Assembly (NCBI GenBank): GCA_942492995.1
Contig: OW818653.1
Coordinates: forward strand, 930,001-962,000
DNA from: an uncultured Erysipelotrichaceae bacterium
GTDB lineage: Bacteria > Bacillota_I > Bacilli_A > Erysipelotrichales > Erysipelotrichaceae
Length of the DNA: 32,000 nucleotides
Direction of reading: 5' to 3'
A program made the position numbers and the translations under genes. Position 1 is the stretch's first letter. Every line of letters begins with the position of its first letter. The notes under the pieces were generated by a model. That model ran no database searches. It worked only from the letters and a program-made list of their open reading frames with translations, and was not told the DNA's origin. This document shows, in pieces, positions 18,248 to 26,261 of this stretch.

Positions 18248-19889
18248 GTATTTTGTCTTATTTAAGGTAATGTTAAAGAATACTTTTAATATTATCGATA
18301 CCAAAGACAAGAAAAATATAAGACGAATTATGTTTATCGTGTTTATTGCGATAGCGACAGCTCCGAGTCTTGTCTCTTTTGGTTTTCTAACACGCGAAGC
18401 GTTGTTTATGTTACTTCCGATTCAACAAGAAGGTTTGGTTCTAAGCTTATTATTCTTAGCACTATCAACTGTTATCTTCTTTATGGCAATCTTCTTAGTA
18501 CCTGCTATTTATTATTTCAGTAAGGATAGCGAAACATTACTTGCATTACCTCTTACTCCAGATGCGATTGTATTAAGTAAATTTAGTTTATCTATGGTAT
18601 ATGAATACTTAACTATATTTGCGATAAGTATTCCTATCTTAGCTGGATATATTAGTATTATGACGCCTGGAATTTTGTTCTATTTATTGTTGATTGTTAT
18701 ACTATTAACCATCGCAATTGTCCCATTAGCCTTTGCAGGATTGATTATCATGGTAATTATGGCATTTGTACCATTCTTTAAAAATCGTGATTTCTTCAAT
18801 TATGCGAGTGGATTCTTAGCACTTGCGTTTGCGATTGGGATTAACTACTTAATGGGTGGAACTGCTACTTTAACACAAGCAAGTTTAATTCAATTGTTAA
18901 ACAGTGGTAATAACTCATTACTATCAATTATGCGATTTATTTTCCCAAATATCCCCTTCGCTATCAATGCGTTGGTTAATCTAAATATTATCGATTTCTT
19001 TATCTATTTACTAATAACTGCATTTATCCTATTTGTGTTTGTGTTTGTAAGTAAACTTGTTTATTTCAAAGGTGTTATTGGTGTTAATGAAACTTCCGCA
19101 TCACGTAAGAACTTAAATCTAAAAGCATATAATAAAGAAACAAGTTCAAAAGGCGTTATCTTTAGTTATTTCATCAAAGAAATGAAGTTAATGATACGTA
19201 CACCGGTATATTTATTAAATAATATCTCCACTGTTATCTTAATCCCAGCAATATTGATCGTGACATTTGCGAGTGGTCTTGGAGCAGATGATGAGATTGT
19301 AGCATTAGTAAATAGTATTGATTGGTCAAGTGGAAATATCTTATTGATTGTGACATTTGCAGGATTCGTAATTGGGATTATGATGAGTACAATGAATTTA
19401 ATTACCGTCACATCGTTGTCTCGTGAAGGTACGAACATTTATTATATGAAATTAATTCCAATGTCGTATGTCAAACAAATTCAAGCCAAGATATTAAGTG
19501 GTATCGTCGTCAGTTTTGTAGGAATTATCTTTATGTTAATTCCAGCATGGTGGTTCTTCTCAATTAAATTACATCTCGTATTCTTTGCGTTTATAGCGTC
19601 TATGTTGGGTATGGTATTTATGAATTACTTAGGCATGATTGTGGATTTGTTACATCCTAAACTTATATGGGAACAAGAAACTGCGGCTGTTAAAAACAAC
19701 CTAAATTCAGTATTCACAATGATTCCAGCATTCGCTATTAGTTTCGGGATATTCTTCCTTGTACAGTTCATACCTAATACGATTAGTACCGTATTAATCT
19801 TCTTAGTTCTGTTGGTTGCGTTGAATGTTTGGATCATTCGATTTACTCATCAGCTCAGTATTAAACAACTACATAATCTAGAAATATAG
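18240..19889 (+). CDS. Large polytopic membrane protein, putative ABC exporter permease partner
   Basis: 549 aa, more than 10 hydrophobic helices. Its start overlaps the ATPase stop (ATGA-type overlap of 8 nt). It resembles the 'putative ABC exporter' family of about 530-aa membrane proteins paired with DrrA-like ATPases. That assignment is from memory only. Confidence 0.65.
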   Translation: MNKYFVLFKVMLKNTFNIIDTKDKKNIRRIMFIVFIAIATAPSLVSFGFLTREALFMLLPIQQEGLVLSLLFLALSTVIFFMAIFLVPAIYYFSKDSETLLALPLTPDAIVLSKFSLSMVYEYLTIFAISIPILAGYISIMTPGILFYLLLIVILLTIAIVPLAFAGLIIMVIMAFVPFFKNRDFFNYASGFLALAFAIGINYLMGGTATLTQASLIQLLNSGNNSLLSIMRFIFPNIPFAINALVNLNIIDFFIYLLITAFILFVFVFVSKLVYFKGVIGVNETSASRKNLNLKAYNKETSSKGVIFSYFIKEMKLMIRTPVYLLNNISTVILIPAILIVTFASGLGADDEIVALVNSIDWSSGNILLIVTFAGFVIGIMMSTMNLITVTSLSREGTNIYYMKLIPMSYVKQIQAKILSGIVVSFVGIIFMLIPAWWFFSIKLHLVFFAFIASMLGMVFMNYLGMIVDLLHPKLIWEQETAAVKNNLNSVFTMIPAFAISFGIFFLVQFIPNTISTVLIFLVLLVALNVWIIRFTHQLSIKQLHNLEI

Positions 19890-19890
19890 A

Positions 19891-19916
19891 AACCAAGTTA
19901 AATTACTTGGTTTTTA
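19891..19916 (+). terminator. Intrinsic terminator ending the mnmA...ABC transcription unit
   Basis: AACCAAGU-UAAAUU-ACUUGGUU followed by UUUAUUU, 2 nt after the stop codon. Confidence 0.8.
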
Positions 19917-19935
19917 TTTGGGGTAGTATTATAAT
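19907..19935 (+). promoter_or_regulatory. Candidate promoter of the marR-efflux operon (-35 TTGGTT, 17 nt, -10 TATAAT)
   Basis: TATAAT at 19930..19935. A weak -35 at 19907..19912 overlaps the terminator 3' arm. Confidence 0.45.
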
Positions 19936-19979
19936 GTAAATTGTTTAATAATTCAATTATATGAACTAATGGAGGAAGA

Positions 19980-20396
19980 ATGATTCAGAAAGAACTTTTA
20001 ATCGAATTACATCGTTTGTTATTTTGGTTCAAACCAAAACATAAACGAAGTGAATTAAGCTTTGCGGAAATAATGGTTTTAACTGCATTATACAAGGAAC
20101 AGTGTGGTTCTAAGCATGATTTACTTCCATCTAAACTTAGTGAAGAACTTGGTTTATCACGTTCAGCGTTATCACCGATCTTAAATGATTTAGAGAAGAA
20201 AGGTTTTATTGAGCGTTTATTAGATGAGAAAGATCGTAGACAGATTATTATACGTTTAAAGAGTACTCCTGATGTGTTCATGAAAGAACGTAAAGAGAAA
20301 ATCATGGATGTGATGCAAGTATTAGATGAAGATGAAAGAAAACAATTCTTACATTTATTGAAGAAAATAAATGCAGGATTAGAAAAAAGCGAATGA
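19980..20396 (+). CDS. MarR-family transcriptional regulator (1 of 2)
   Basis: 138 aa. Winged-HTH LSEELGLSRSALSPILNDLEKKGFIERLLDEKDRRQIIIRL. RBS GGAGG. Confidence 0.8.
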   Translation: MIQKELLIELHRLLFWFKPKHKRSELSFAEIMVLTALYKEQCGSKHDLLPSKLSEELGLSRSALSPILNDLEKKGFIERLLDEKDRRQIIIRLKSTPDVFMKERKEKIMDVMQVLDEDERKQFLHLLKKINAGLEKSE

Positions 20397-20415
20397 GTGC
20401 TGAAAGGATAACCCT

Positions 20416-20871
20416 ATGAATAAAACAAATCAGTTTGATTCTATCGTATTGAATTTAAGACGTTTACGTTCGATTGATGCACGTTATTTTCATCAATATG
20501 TAGATGATAAGAATGTCCCCTATCAACATTTAATGATGATTCAGTTCTTGAGCAAAGATGGACCAATTCCAATTAATCGAATAAAAGATGTTTATCATTT
20601 CAGTGCTCCAGCGGCTACTCAATTAGTAACCCTACTAGAGAAACAAGGATTTATTGAACGAATTAAATCAACAAATGATAAACGAAGTTCTTTAATTTGT
20701 TTATCTCCATTAGGTGTTAAAACACTGGATGATGGGGCAAAATTCTTTGAAGAAGGATTATCTCCATTAATGGAGTATTTAGGAGAAGAAGATCGTTTTA
20801 ATTTTAATCGTATACTAGAAAGAATGCTCGAATATATCGATTCGGCTCAGGATAACAATGAAAAAAAGTAA
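20416..20871 (+). CDS. MarR-family transcriptional regulator (2 of 2)
   Basis: 151 aa. Winged-HTH INRIKDVYHFSAPAATQLVTLLEKQGFIERIKSTNDKRSSLICLSPLG. RBS GAAAGGA. Confidence 0.8.
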   Translation: MNKTNQFDSIVLNLRRLRSIDARYFHQYVDDKNVPYQHLMMIQFLSKDGPIPINRIKDVYHFSAPAATQLVTLLEKQGFIERIKSTNDKRSSLICLSPLGVKTLDDGAKFFEEGLSPLMEYLGEEDRFNFNRILERMLEYIDSAQDNNEKK

Positions 20872-22192
20872 AAAGTCTAAAAAATGGTTATGGATTGGTG
20901 GCATAAGTTTAATTATCATCTTTGTCGTATTTCAGTTTATGCGTAATAACAATTCCCTTCAAGATACGACAAAAACATACACGATTACTACAAGTGATAT
21001 CAGTCTAGTATCCTTATCGACTGGTAAGATTACTTCATCTGATCAAGATAATATTGTATTATCCGGATCTGTTACAGATACATTTGTCGAATTAGGTGAT
21101 TTAGTTAAAAAAGGTGATGTGTTAGGTGAATACACTAAGACCAGTAGTACGAATCGTATTACAGCACCTATTAGTGGTATCGTAACTCAAGTTCCTTCGC
21201 AATTAAGTACAGGTTTAGCAATATCAAATTCTTCACAATTTAAGATGCAAATTGGTGTTTCTGAAACAGAAATCAATAAAATTAAATTATTCCAATCAGC
21301 AGAAGTATATGTATCTGCGATTGATTACACGTTTTATGGATCGGTTACGAGCATTTCTAAAGTAGGATCTACAGTTGGTATGTCCACAACGTATCCTGTT
21401 GTGATTACGTTTGATGGTCAAAATCAACCAGCTCTAGTTGGAATGAGTGGAGTTAGTAAGACGTTTATCGATGGTTATGGCGATTATTATGTACATGGCA
21501 AAATAGAAGCTGCCAATGAAACAAAGGTTGAATTGGATGGTACTATTACACAACTTGATGTTAAAGTTGGAGACACTGTTTCTAAGGGTCAAAAATTAGG
21601 TGAGTATCAATCAAGTATGCAGACGAATACAAAAATCTATGCGACTCGTGATGGGATTATTACCGCAATAGCGTCTAATATTAGTCCTGAGTTTGTTATC
21701 TCTAATCCTGAGAAGTTACAACTCATTATCAATATTACCGAAACAGATATCCATAAGATAAAGTTAGATCAAATCGCAAGTGTATACGTAGAAGCTGTTG
21801 ATCGTGCATTTACAGGTAGTGTTGCCCATATAGGCTTGGTTGGTAATACGAATTTAGATTATACAACCTACCCTGTTACAATCGCTTTTGATGGTGAAGA
21901 TGCGCCATTGTTTATTGGCATGAGTGCTAGCGCAAAAATTATTACTGAGACTAAATCAAATGTATTGGTTGTGCCATTTGAAGCAATCGTTACAGAAAAT
22001 ACACAACGTTATTTAATATCAGCAGAATGGCTTCAAAATACAAGAGCAGCTCAATCGGATTATTTTATTCCAATTGAAACAGGTATTGCGGATGCGTTTA
22101 ATGTAGAGGTTATTGGAGAGAACTTAGAAGGTAAAGAAGTTATTATTATCGAAGAATCTTCCGTTTTCCCAATCTTTACGAACAATGATTAA
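20858..22192 (+). CDS. Efflux membrane-fusion (HlyD/periplasmic adaptor) family protein with an internally duplicated lipoyl/beta-barrel module
   Basis: 444 aa. N-terminal Lys-rich stretch plus a TM anchor (WLWIGGISLIIIFVVFQF). Two homologous about 150-aa halves each carry a biotinyl/lipoyl-like V.LGD.V.KG..LGEY motif and a beta-barrel segment TTYPV.I.FDG. A C-terminal membrane-proximal-like domain follows. Overlaps marR2 by 14 nt and the ATPase gene by 8 nt. Confidence 0.8.
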   Translation: MKKSKKSKKWLWIGGISLIIIFVVFQFMRNNNSLQDTTKTYTITTSDISLVSLSTGKITSSDQDNIVLSGSVTDTFVELGDLVKKGDVLGEYTKTSSTNRITAPISGIVTQVPSQLSTGLAISNSSQFKMQIGVSETEINKIKLFQSAEVYVSAIDYTFYGSVTSISKVGSTVGMSTTYPVVITFDGQNQPALVGMSGVSKTFIDGYGDYYVHGKIEAANETKVELDGTITQLDVKVGDTVSKGQKLGEYQSSMQTNTKIYATRDGIITAIASNISPEFVISNPEKLQLIINITETDIHKIKLDQIASVYVEAVDRAFTGSVAHIGLVGNTNLDYTTYPVTIAFDGEDAPLFIGMSASAKIITETKSNVLVVPFEAIVTENTQRYLISAEWLQNTRAAQSDYFIPIETGIADAFNVEVIGENLEGKEVIIIEESSVFPIFTNND

Positions 22193-22871
22193 GTTAGAGA
22201 ATGTCACAAAGAAATATGTTATGGGTGATACGATCGTTATGGCTCTTAACGGAATAAACATTCATATTGACGAAGGTGAATTTGTGGCAATTGTTGGACC
22301 TTCTGGTAGTGGAAAATCTACTTTAATGAATATAATTGGTTGTTTAGATATTGTGAGTACTGGATATTATGAGTTAAATCAAATTCCTATTCAAGACTAT
22401 GATAAAGATGAGCTAGCGGATATACGTAATCAACAAATCGGTTTTGTGTTTCAACAGTTCAATCTATTAAATAATTTCTCTGCTTTAGAGAATGTAATGA
22501 TGCCTATGACCTATGCGAAAGTACAGAAAAAAGAACGTGAAGAACGTGCTAATTCACTTTTAACGCTCGTTGGATTAAGTGATCGTACAGGTCATAAACC
22601 AACAGAGTTGTCTGGTGGTCAACAACAGCGTGTTTCGATTGCGCGTGCTTTAGCGAATAATCCAGCGATTATCTTAGCGGATGAACCGACTGGCGCATTG
22701 GATTCAAGTACGGGTATTGAAGTTTTGAATCAATTAAAGAAATTAAATAATGATGGCAAAACCGTTATTATCATTACCCATGATCCGGATGTAGCACAAA
22801 CGACGAATCGGGTTATAACGTTAAAAGATGGCCAAGTTATTAGTGATGAAAGAAGGGATAATCATGATTAA
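22185..22871 (+). CDS. MacB/LolD-type ABC transporter ATP-binding protein
   Basis: Walker A GPSGSGKST, Q-loop FQQFNLL, signature LSGGQQQRVSIARAL, Walker B ILADEPTGALD, H-loop ITHD. Confidence 0.92.
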   Translation: MIKLENVTKKYVMGDTIVMALNGINIHIDEGEFVAIVGPSGSGKSTLMNIIGCLDIVSTGYYELNQIPIQDYDKDELADIRNQQIGFVFQQFNLLNNFSALENVMMPMTYAKVQKKEREERANSLLTLVGLSDRTGHKPTELSGGQQQRVSIARALANNPAIILADEPTGALDSSTGIEVLNQLKKLNNDGKTVIIITHDPDVAQTTNRVITLKDGQVISDERRDNHD

Positions 22872-24027
22872 AGAGTATTTCGCGATTGCCTTTCGTTCAG
22901 TATTAGCGCATAAGATTCGGGCATTGCTTACAACTCTTGGAGTTATTATTGGGGTTGCGTCGGTTATCTTACTGATGTCCTTAGGTAATAGTGCACGTGA
23001 AGAAGCTGCGAATCAAATTCGTGGAATTGGATCTAACTTAATCTTTGTGAATGTTACAGATCGTCAAGGTAATTTACCAAATGATTGGCTAGATAATATC
23101 AAAGACGCGGCTCAGATTAAAGATTATTCACAACTAATATCTTCAGGAGCGGCGTATGTCGTTGAAGGTCAAGAAGTTGATGTGTCAATAAGTGGCGTTA
23201 ATGATAAATACGCTAGTATTAATAGTTTAGATATGAGTTTAGGACGTTTCTTATCAGAATATGATTTGCAGTACGATACGCCTGTTGTAGTAGTTGGGTC
23301 TAAAATACCATCACTATTATTCCCTAATCAAGAAATCATTGGTAATACATTAATTGTGAAAGGTATGCCCTTTACAGTTGTTGGAGTAGCGGAAGAACGA
23401 GGCACTAATTTTAGTGGTGATAACGATATGATGATTTATATACCGATACGTTATGCGGCACGTATGAGTGGTTTCGGTAGTATTAATAAAACATTCTATA
23501 TTGAAGCTGATTCAGAGGATACGGTAGATTTCACCCTCAATCGTGTACTTACCTATTTAGAAAGTATCATGCCTTCGACCAGTAGTTATCGTGCGTTCTC
23601 ACAAACACAAATCTTAGGAGTACTTGATACCTTAATGGCTTTACTTACTACCCTATTATCTGGAATTGCGTCAATATCACTTATTGTAGGTGGTATTGGG
23701 ATTATGAACATTATGTTAGTAACGGTTCGTGAACGTACAAAAGAAATTGGGATTCGTAAAGCGCTTGGAGCACGTCAATCACAAATATTGGCTCAATTCC
23801 TTATTGAGGCTGTAATTATTACGACATTGGGTGGTGGACTCGGGTTACTTGTTAGTTATCTCGGAACACTACTAATCACCTTCTTAACAGACTTTAATGT
23901 ATTACTTGGATTAGATGCGGTTATCTTATCGTTGGTGTTCTCATTAACGATTGGTGTAATCTTTGGGATCTATCCTGCATATACTGCTAGTAAACTTGAA
24001 CCTGTTGAGGCATTACGATTCGAATAA
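22864..24027 (+). CDS. MacB-type ABC transporter permease (MacB periplasmic core domain + FtsX 4-TM domain)
   Basis: MIKEYFAIAFRSVLAHKIRALLTTLGVIIGVASV, a large extracytoplasmic loop, and a C-terminal FtsX domain (GGIGIMNIMLVTVRERTKEIGIRKALGA). The ATG at 22864 overlaps the ATPase stop (ATGATTAA) and follows AAGAAGGGA. The track start at 22828 lies inside the ATPase gene. Confidence 0.9.
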   Translation: MIKEYFAIAFRSVLAHKIRALLTTLGVIIGVASVILLMSLGNSAREEAANQIRGIGSNLIFVNVTDRQGNLPNDWLDNIKDAAQIKDYSQLISSGAAYVVEGQEVDVSISGVNDKYASINSLDMSLGRFLSEYDLQYDTPVVVVGSKIPSLLFPNQEIIGNTLIVKGMPFTVVGVAEERGTNFSGDNDMMIYIPIRYAARMSGFGSINKTFYIEADSEDTVDFTLNRVLTYLESIMPSTSSYRAFSQTQILGVLDTLMALLTTLLSGIASISLIVGGIGIMNIMLVTVRERTKEIGIRKALGARQSQILAQFLIEAVIITTLGGGLGLLVSYLGTLLITFLTDFNVLLGLDAVILSLVFSLTIGVIFGIYPAYTASKLEPVEALRFE

Positions 24028-24028
24028 G

Positions 24029-24058
24029 AAAAAAAGTAGGAATTTTCCTACTTTTTAA
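24029..24058. terminator. Bidirectional intrinsic terminator between the efflux operon (+) and metK (-)
   Basis: AAAAAGUAGGAAUUUUCCUACUUUUU: a hairpin flanked by an A-run and a U-run, so it has a U-tail on both strands. Confidence 0.85.
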
Positions 24059-25171
24059 TTACTTTAATGTTTTAATAACTTCCCATGTAAAGCCATCACG
24101 ACCGAAATGGCCAAAGTTTGATGTCTTACGATAGATTGGGTTTAGTAAATCTAATTCAGAAATGATGTTGCTTACTGAGAAATCGAAATTACGTTCAACA
24201 ATTTCATAAATTTCATCTAAATCAACTTTTTCTGTACCAAATGCGTTGATATAAATGGATAGAGGTTTTGTAAGTCCAATTGCATATGCGACTTGGATTT
24301 CACAACGATCTGCTAATTTATTAGCGACAATGTTCTTCGCCACAAAACGGCAATAATATGCAGCACTACGATCCACTTTACTTGGATCTTTTGAGCTGAA
24401 ACATCCTCCACCAATACGTCCCATACCGCCATATGTATCTACAACAATCTTACGACCAGTTGTACCACTATCTCCAAATGATCCACCAATTACGAAGCGA
24501 CCACCAGGATTGACAATATATTCTGTATCTTCAGTTAACCATTTAGGGTCAATGACTTTATCAATAACTTCTGCTTTGATAATATCTCTTAATTCTTGTA
24601 GGTTAATGCTTTCCGCATGTTGTGTAGACACAACAACCTTAGTGATTTGTACAGGAATATCGTTCTCATACAATACCGTTACTTGTGTTTTTCCATCAGG
24701 ACGTATATTTTTATTTTCACGTTTTAAATCGGATAAACGTTTGGATAGTTTGTGTGCTGTATCAATCGCAAGAGGCATATAGTTTTCAGTTTCATTCGAC
24801 GCATAACCAAACATAATACCTTGGTCACCTGCCGCAACTTCATTGCCTAATACAACTTTATTAAAAATATCAGATGATTGATCCCCTACTAATGTGATGA
24901 CATTGTATTGGTCTTCATTCAACCCTATATCGCTTAAAACATCTTTTGCGATACGTGAATAATTTAACTTCGCATCCTTTAATTCTGGACCTAAGTTTTG
25001 TTCCCCATAAACTAAGACTACACCATCTTTAATGGTTGCTTCTACAGCCATCTTAGCATGTGGATTCAGTTTTAAAGCCTCATCTAATATTGCGTCCGCG
25101 ATTTGGTCACATACTTTATCTGGATGTCCGTCTGTAACGCTTTCTGATGAAAAATAATACTTTCTACTCAT
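24059..25171 (-). CDS. metK: S-adenosylmethionine synthase (methionine adenosyltransferase)
   Basis: 370 aa, FSSESVTDGHPDKVCDQIADAILD, GDQGIMFGYA, GGGCFSSKDPSKVDRSAAY: canonical MetK motifs. RBS AAGGAGG. Confidence 0.95.
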   Translation of the reverse strand: MSRKYYFSSESVTDGHPDKVCDQIADAILDEALKLNPHAKMAVEATIKDGVVLVYGEQNLGPELKDAKLNYSRIAKDVLSDIGLNEDQYNVITLVGDQSSDIFNKVVLGNEVAAGDQGIMFGYASNETENYMPLAIDTAHKLSKRLSDLKRENKNIRPDGKTQVTVLYENDIPVQITKVVVSTQHAESINLQELRDIIKAEVIDKVIDPKWLTEDTEYIVNPGGRFVIGGSFGDSGTTGRKIVVDTYGGMGRIGGGCFSSKDPSKVDRSAAYYCRFVAKNIVANKLADRCEIQVAYAIGLTKPLSIYINAFGTEKVDLDEIYEIVERNFDFSVSNIISELDLLNPIYRKTSNFGHFGRDGFTWEVIKTLK

Positions 25172-25183
25172 GTGTTTCCTCCT

Positions 25184-25321
25184 TACATAAAATAAAACCC
25201 TGCTTCAACAGGGTTTCTCAGTTTAGTGATCGTCCCTTATCGTTGATTAGCAGTACCACCTTGCTTAAAGCAGGTTGGCGTGGGGTTGTTGAGCTAATTC
25301 TCTACCCCATCTCTTGATAAG
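25184..25321 (-). promoter_or_regulatory. S-box (SAM-I-like) riboswitch with terminator expression platform, controlling metK
   Basis: The minus strand reads CUUAUCAAGAG (hallmark S-box start, P1 5' = complement of 25316..25321). P2 is UGGGG...CCCCA with loop GAGAAUUAGCUC. P3 is CCAACCUGC-UUUAA-GCAAGGUGG with a bulged A. J3/4 reads UACUGCUAAUCAAC. P1 3' is GAUAAG (complement of 25236..25241). The terminator is AAACCCUG-UUGAAG-CAGGGUUU plus UUAUUUU (25184..25216). The P2 loop AUUAG can pair with J3/4 CUAAU as a pseudoknot. Confidence 0.75.
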
Positions 25322-25329
25322 ACTATGAT

Positions 25330-25358
25330 ATTTAATCATATTTTATATTAGATTGCAA
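25330..25358 (-). promoter_or_regulatory. Candidate sigma-A promoter of the metK leader (-35 TTGCAA, 17 nt, TGaTTAAAT)
   Basis: Complement of 25353..25358 = TTGCAA. Complement of 25330..25335 = TTAAAT, preceded by TG at the extended -10 position. The predicted transcript would start a few nt before the CUUAUC of P1. Confidence 0.5.
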
Positions 25359-25361
25359 GCG

Positions 25362-26222
25362 TTATTCCATTGGTTTTAAATAATAATTGCCTATTATCTT
25401 ATCCGCCTTTGAAACGGTAATAAATATTTTTGGGTCCGCTTCTTTTGCGGCTAATACAACATCATTTACTTCAAACGCATTCACAACCATATATAACATC
25501 GTTTTCTCTTTTTTACTGTACATACCTTCAGCTTTTAACTTAGTAATCCCATGTCGTGTACTCTTAAATATAGATCGACTCACTTCTTCAGGGAAATCTG
25601 TAATCATGTGTAAACTACTGTATTTATACCTTTGATAACGTGATTCAATAACTTGGGTGGATACGAATTGATAGATAATGGAATAAAGTGCTTTCTCCCA
25701 TCCAAATAGTAATCCCGCAATGGATAAGATACCCATATTCGCATAAAGGATGTAATGGAAGATTGGTTTACGATAACGATTGGACGCATAAATCGCAATA
25801 AAATCCGTTCCGCCTCCTGATGCATTTTGCATAAGACTTAAGACAACACTTATTCCAGAGAATATACCACCAAAGATTGTAATTAGAATTATGTCATAAT
25901 CTAATTTATATTGAGGAATAATTAAGGTAAATAAACTAACTAAGCCATATTGTAAGATTGAGAATTCAGTGAAGCGTTTACCTACATATTTGTAGACTAG
26001 TATTGTTGGACCAATGTTTAAAAGAACGTATATAAACCCATACGGAATGTTTATCCCAAAGTATTGGTTAAAACTTCGATTTAATAATACAGATATACCA
26101 GAAAAGCCTCCTGGGAAGAATCCACCAGAGTAGACAAAAACATTTATCGTAATTGCGCTGATTAGTGCAGATACAATAATAACCAGTGTTGTTTTAATAT
26201 TCTTCTTTAATGTTTGATTCAT
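25362..26222 (-). CDS. YitT-family membrane protein (with C-terminal DUF2179-like soluble domain)
   Basis: 286 aa. 5 or 6 TM helices with GGFFPGGFSGISVLL and SGGGTDFIAIY, then a soluble C-terminal domain (ITKLKAEGMYSKKEKTMLYMVVNAFEVNDV). Confidence 0.8.
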   Translation of the reverse strand: MNQTLKKNIKTTLVIIVSALISAITINVFVYSGGFFPGGFSGISVLLNRSFNQYFGINIPYGFIYVLLNIGPTILVYKYVGKRFTEFSILQYGLVSLFTLIIPQYKLDYDIILITIFGGIFSGISVVLSLMQNASGGGTDFIAIYASNRYRKPIFHYILYANMGILSIAGLLFGWEKALYSIIYQFVSTQVIESRYQRYKYSSLHMITDFPEEVSRSIFKSTRHGITKLKAEGMYSKKEKTMLYMVVNAFEVNDVVLAAKEADPKIFITVSKADKIIGNYYLKPME

Positions 26223-26261
26223 ACATACCTCGAGTAATCACAATAATTATACGCTACACGT

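Noticed and set aside
19939-19958. Inverted repeat AATTG-N10-CAATT between the promoter and the first marR gene, considered as a MarR operator.
   Set aside because: It has only 5-bp AT-rich arms, which is not statistically meaningful here. It might still be the operator, but the sequence alone does not support a call.
19985-20305. A 106-aa ORF almost exactly antisense to the first marR gene. It looked long enough to be a possible antisense-encoded protein.
   Set aside because: It has no RBS or promoter, and its composition (Ser/Phe/Lys/Asn-rich) is typical of the mirror frame of an AT-rich gene. The sense frame has a clear winged-HTH. It is most likely a chance open frame.
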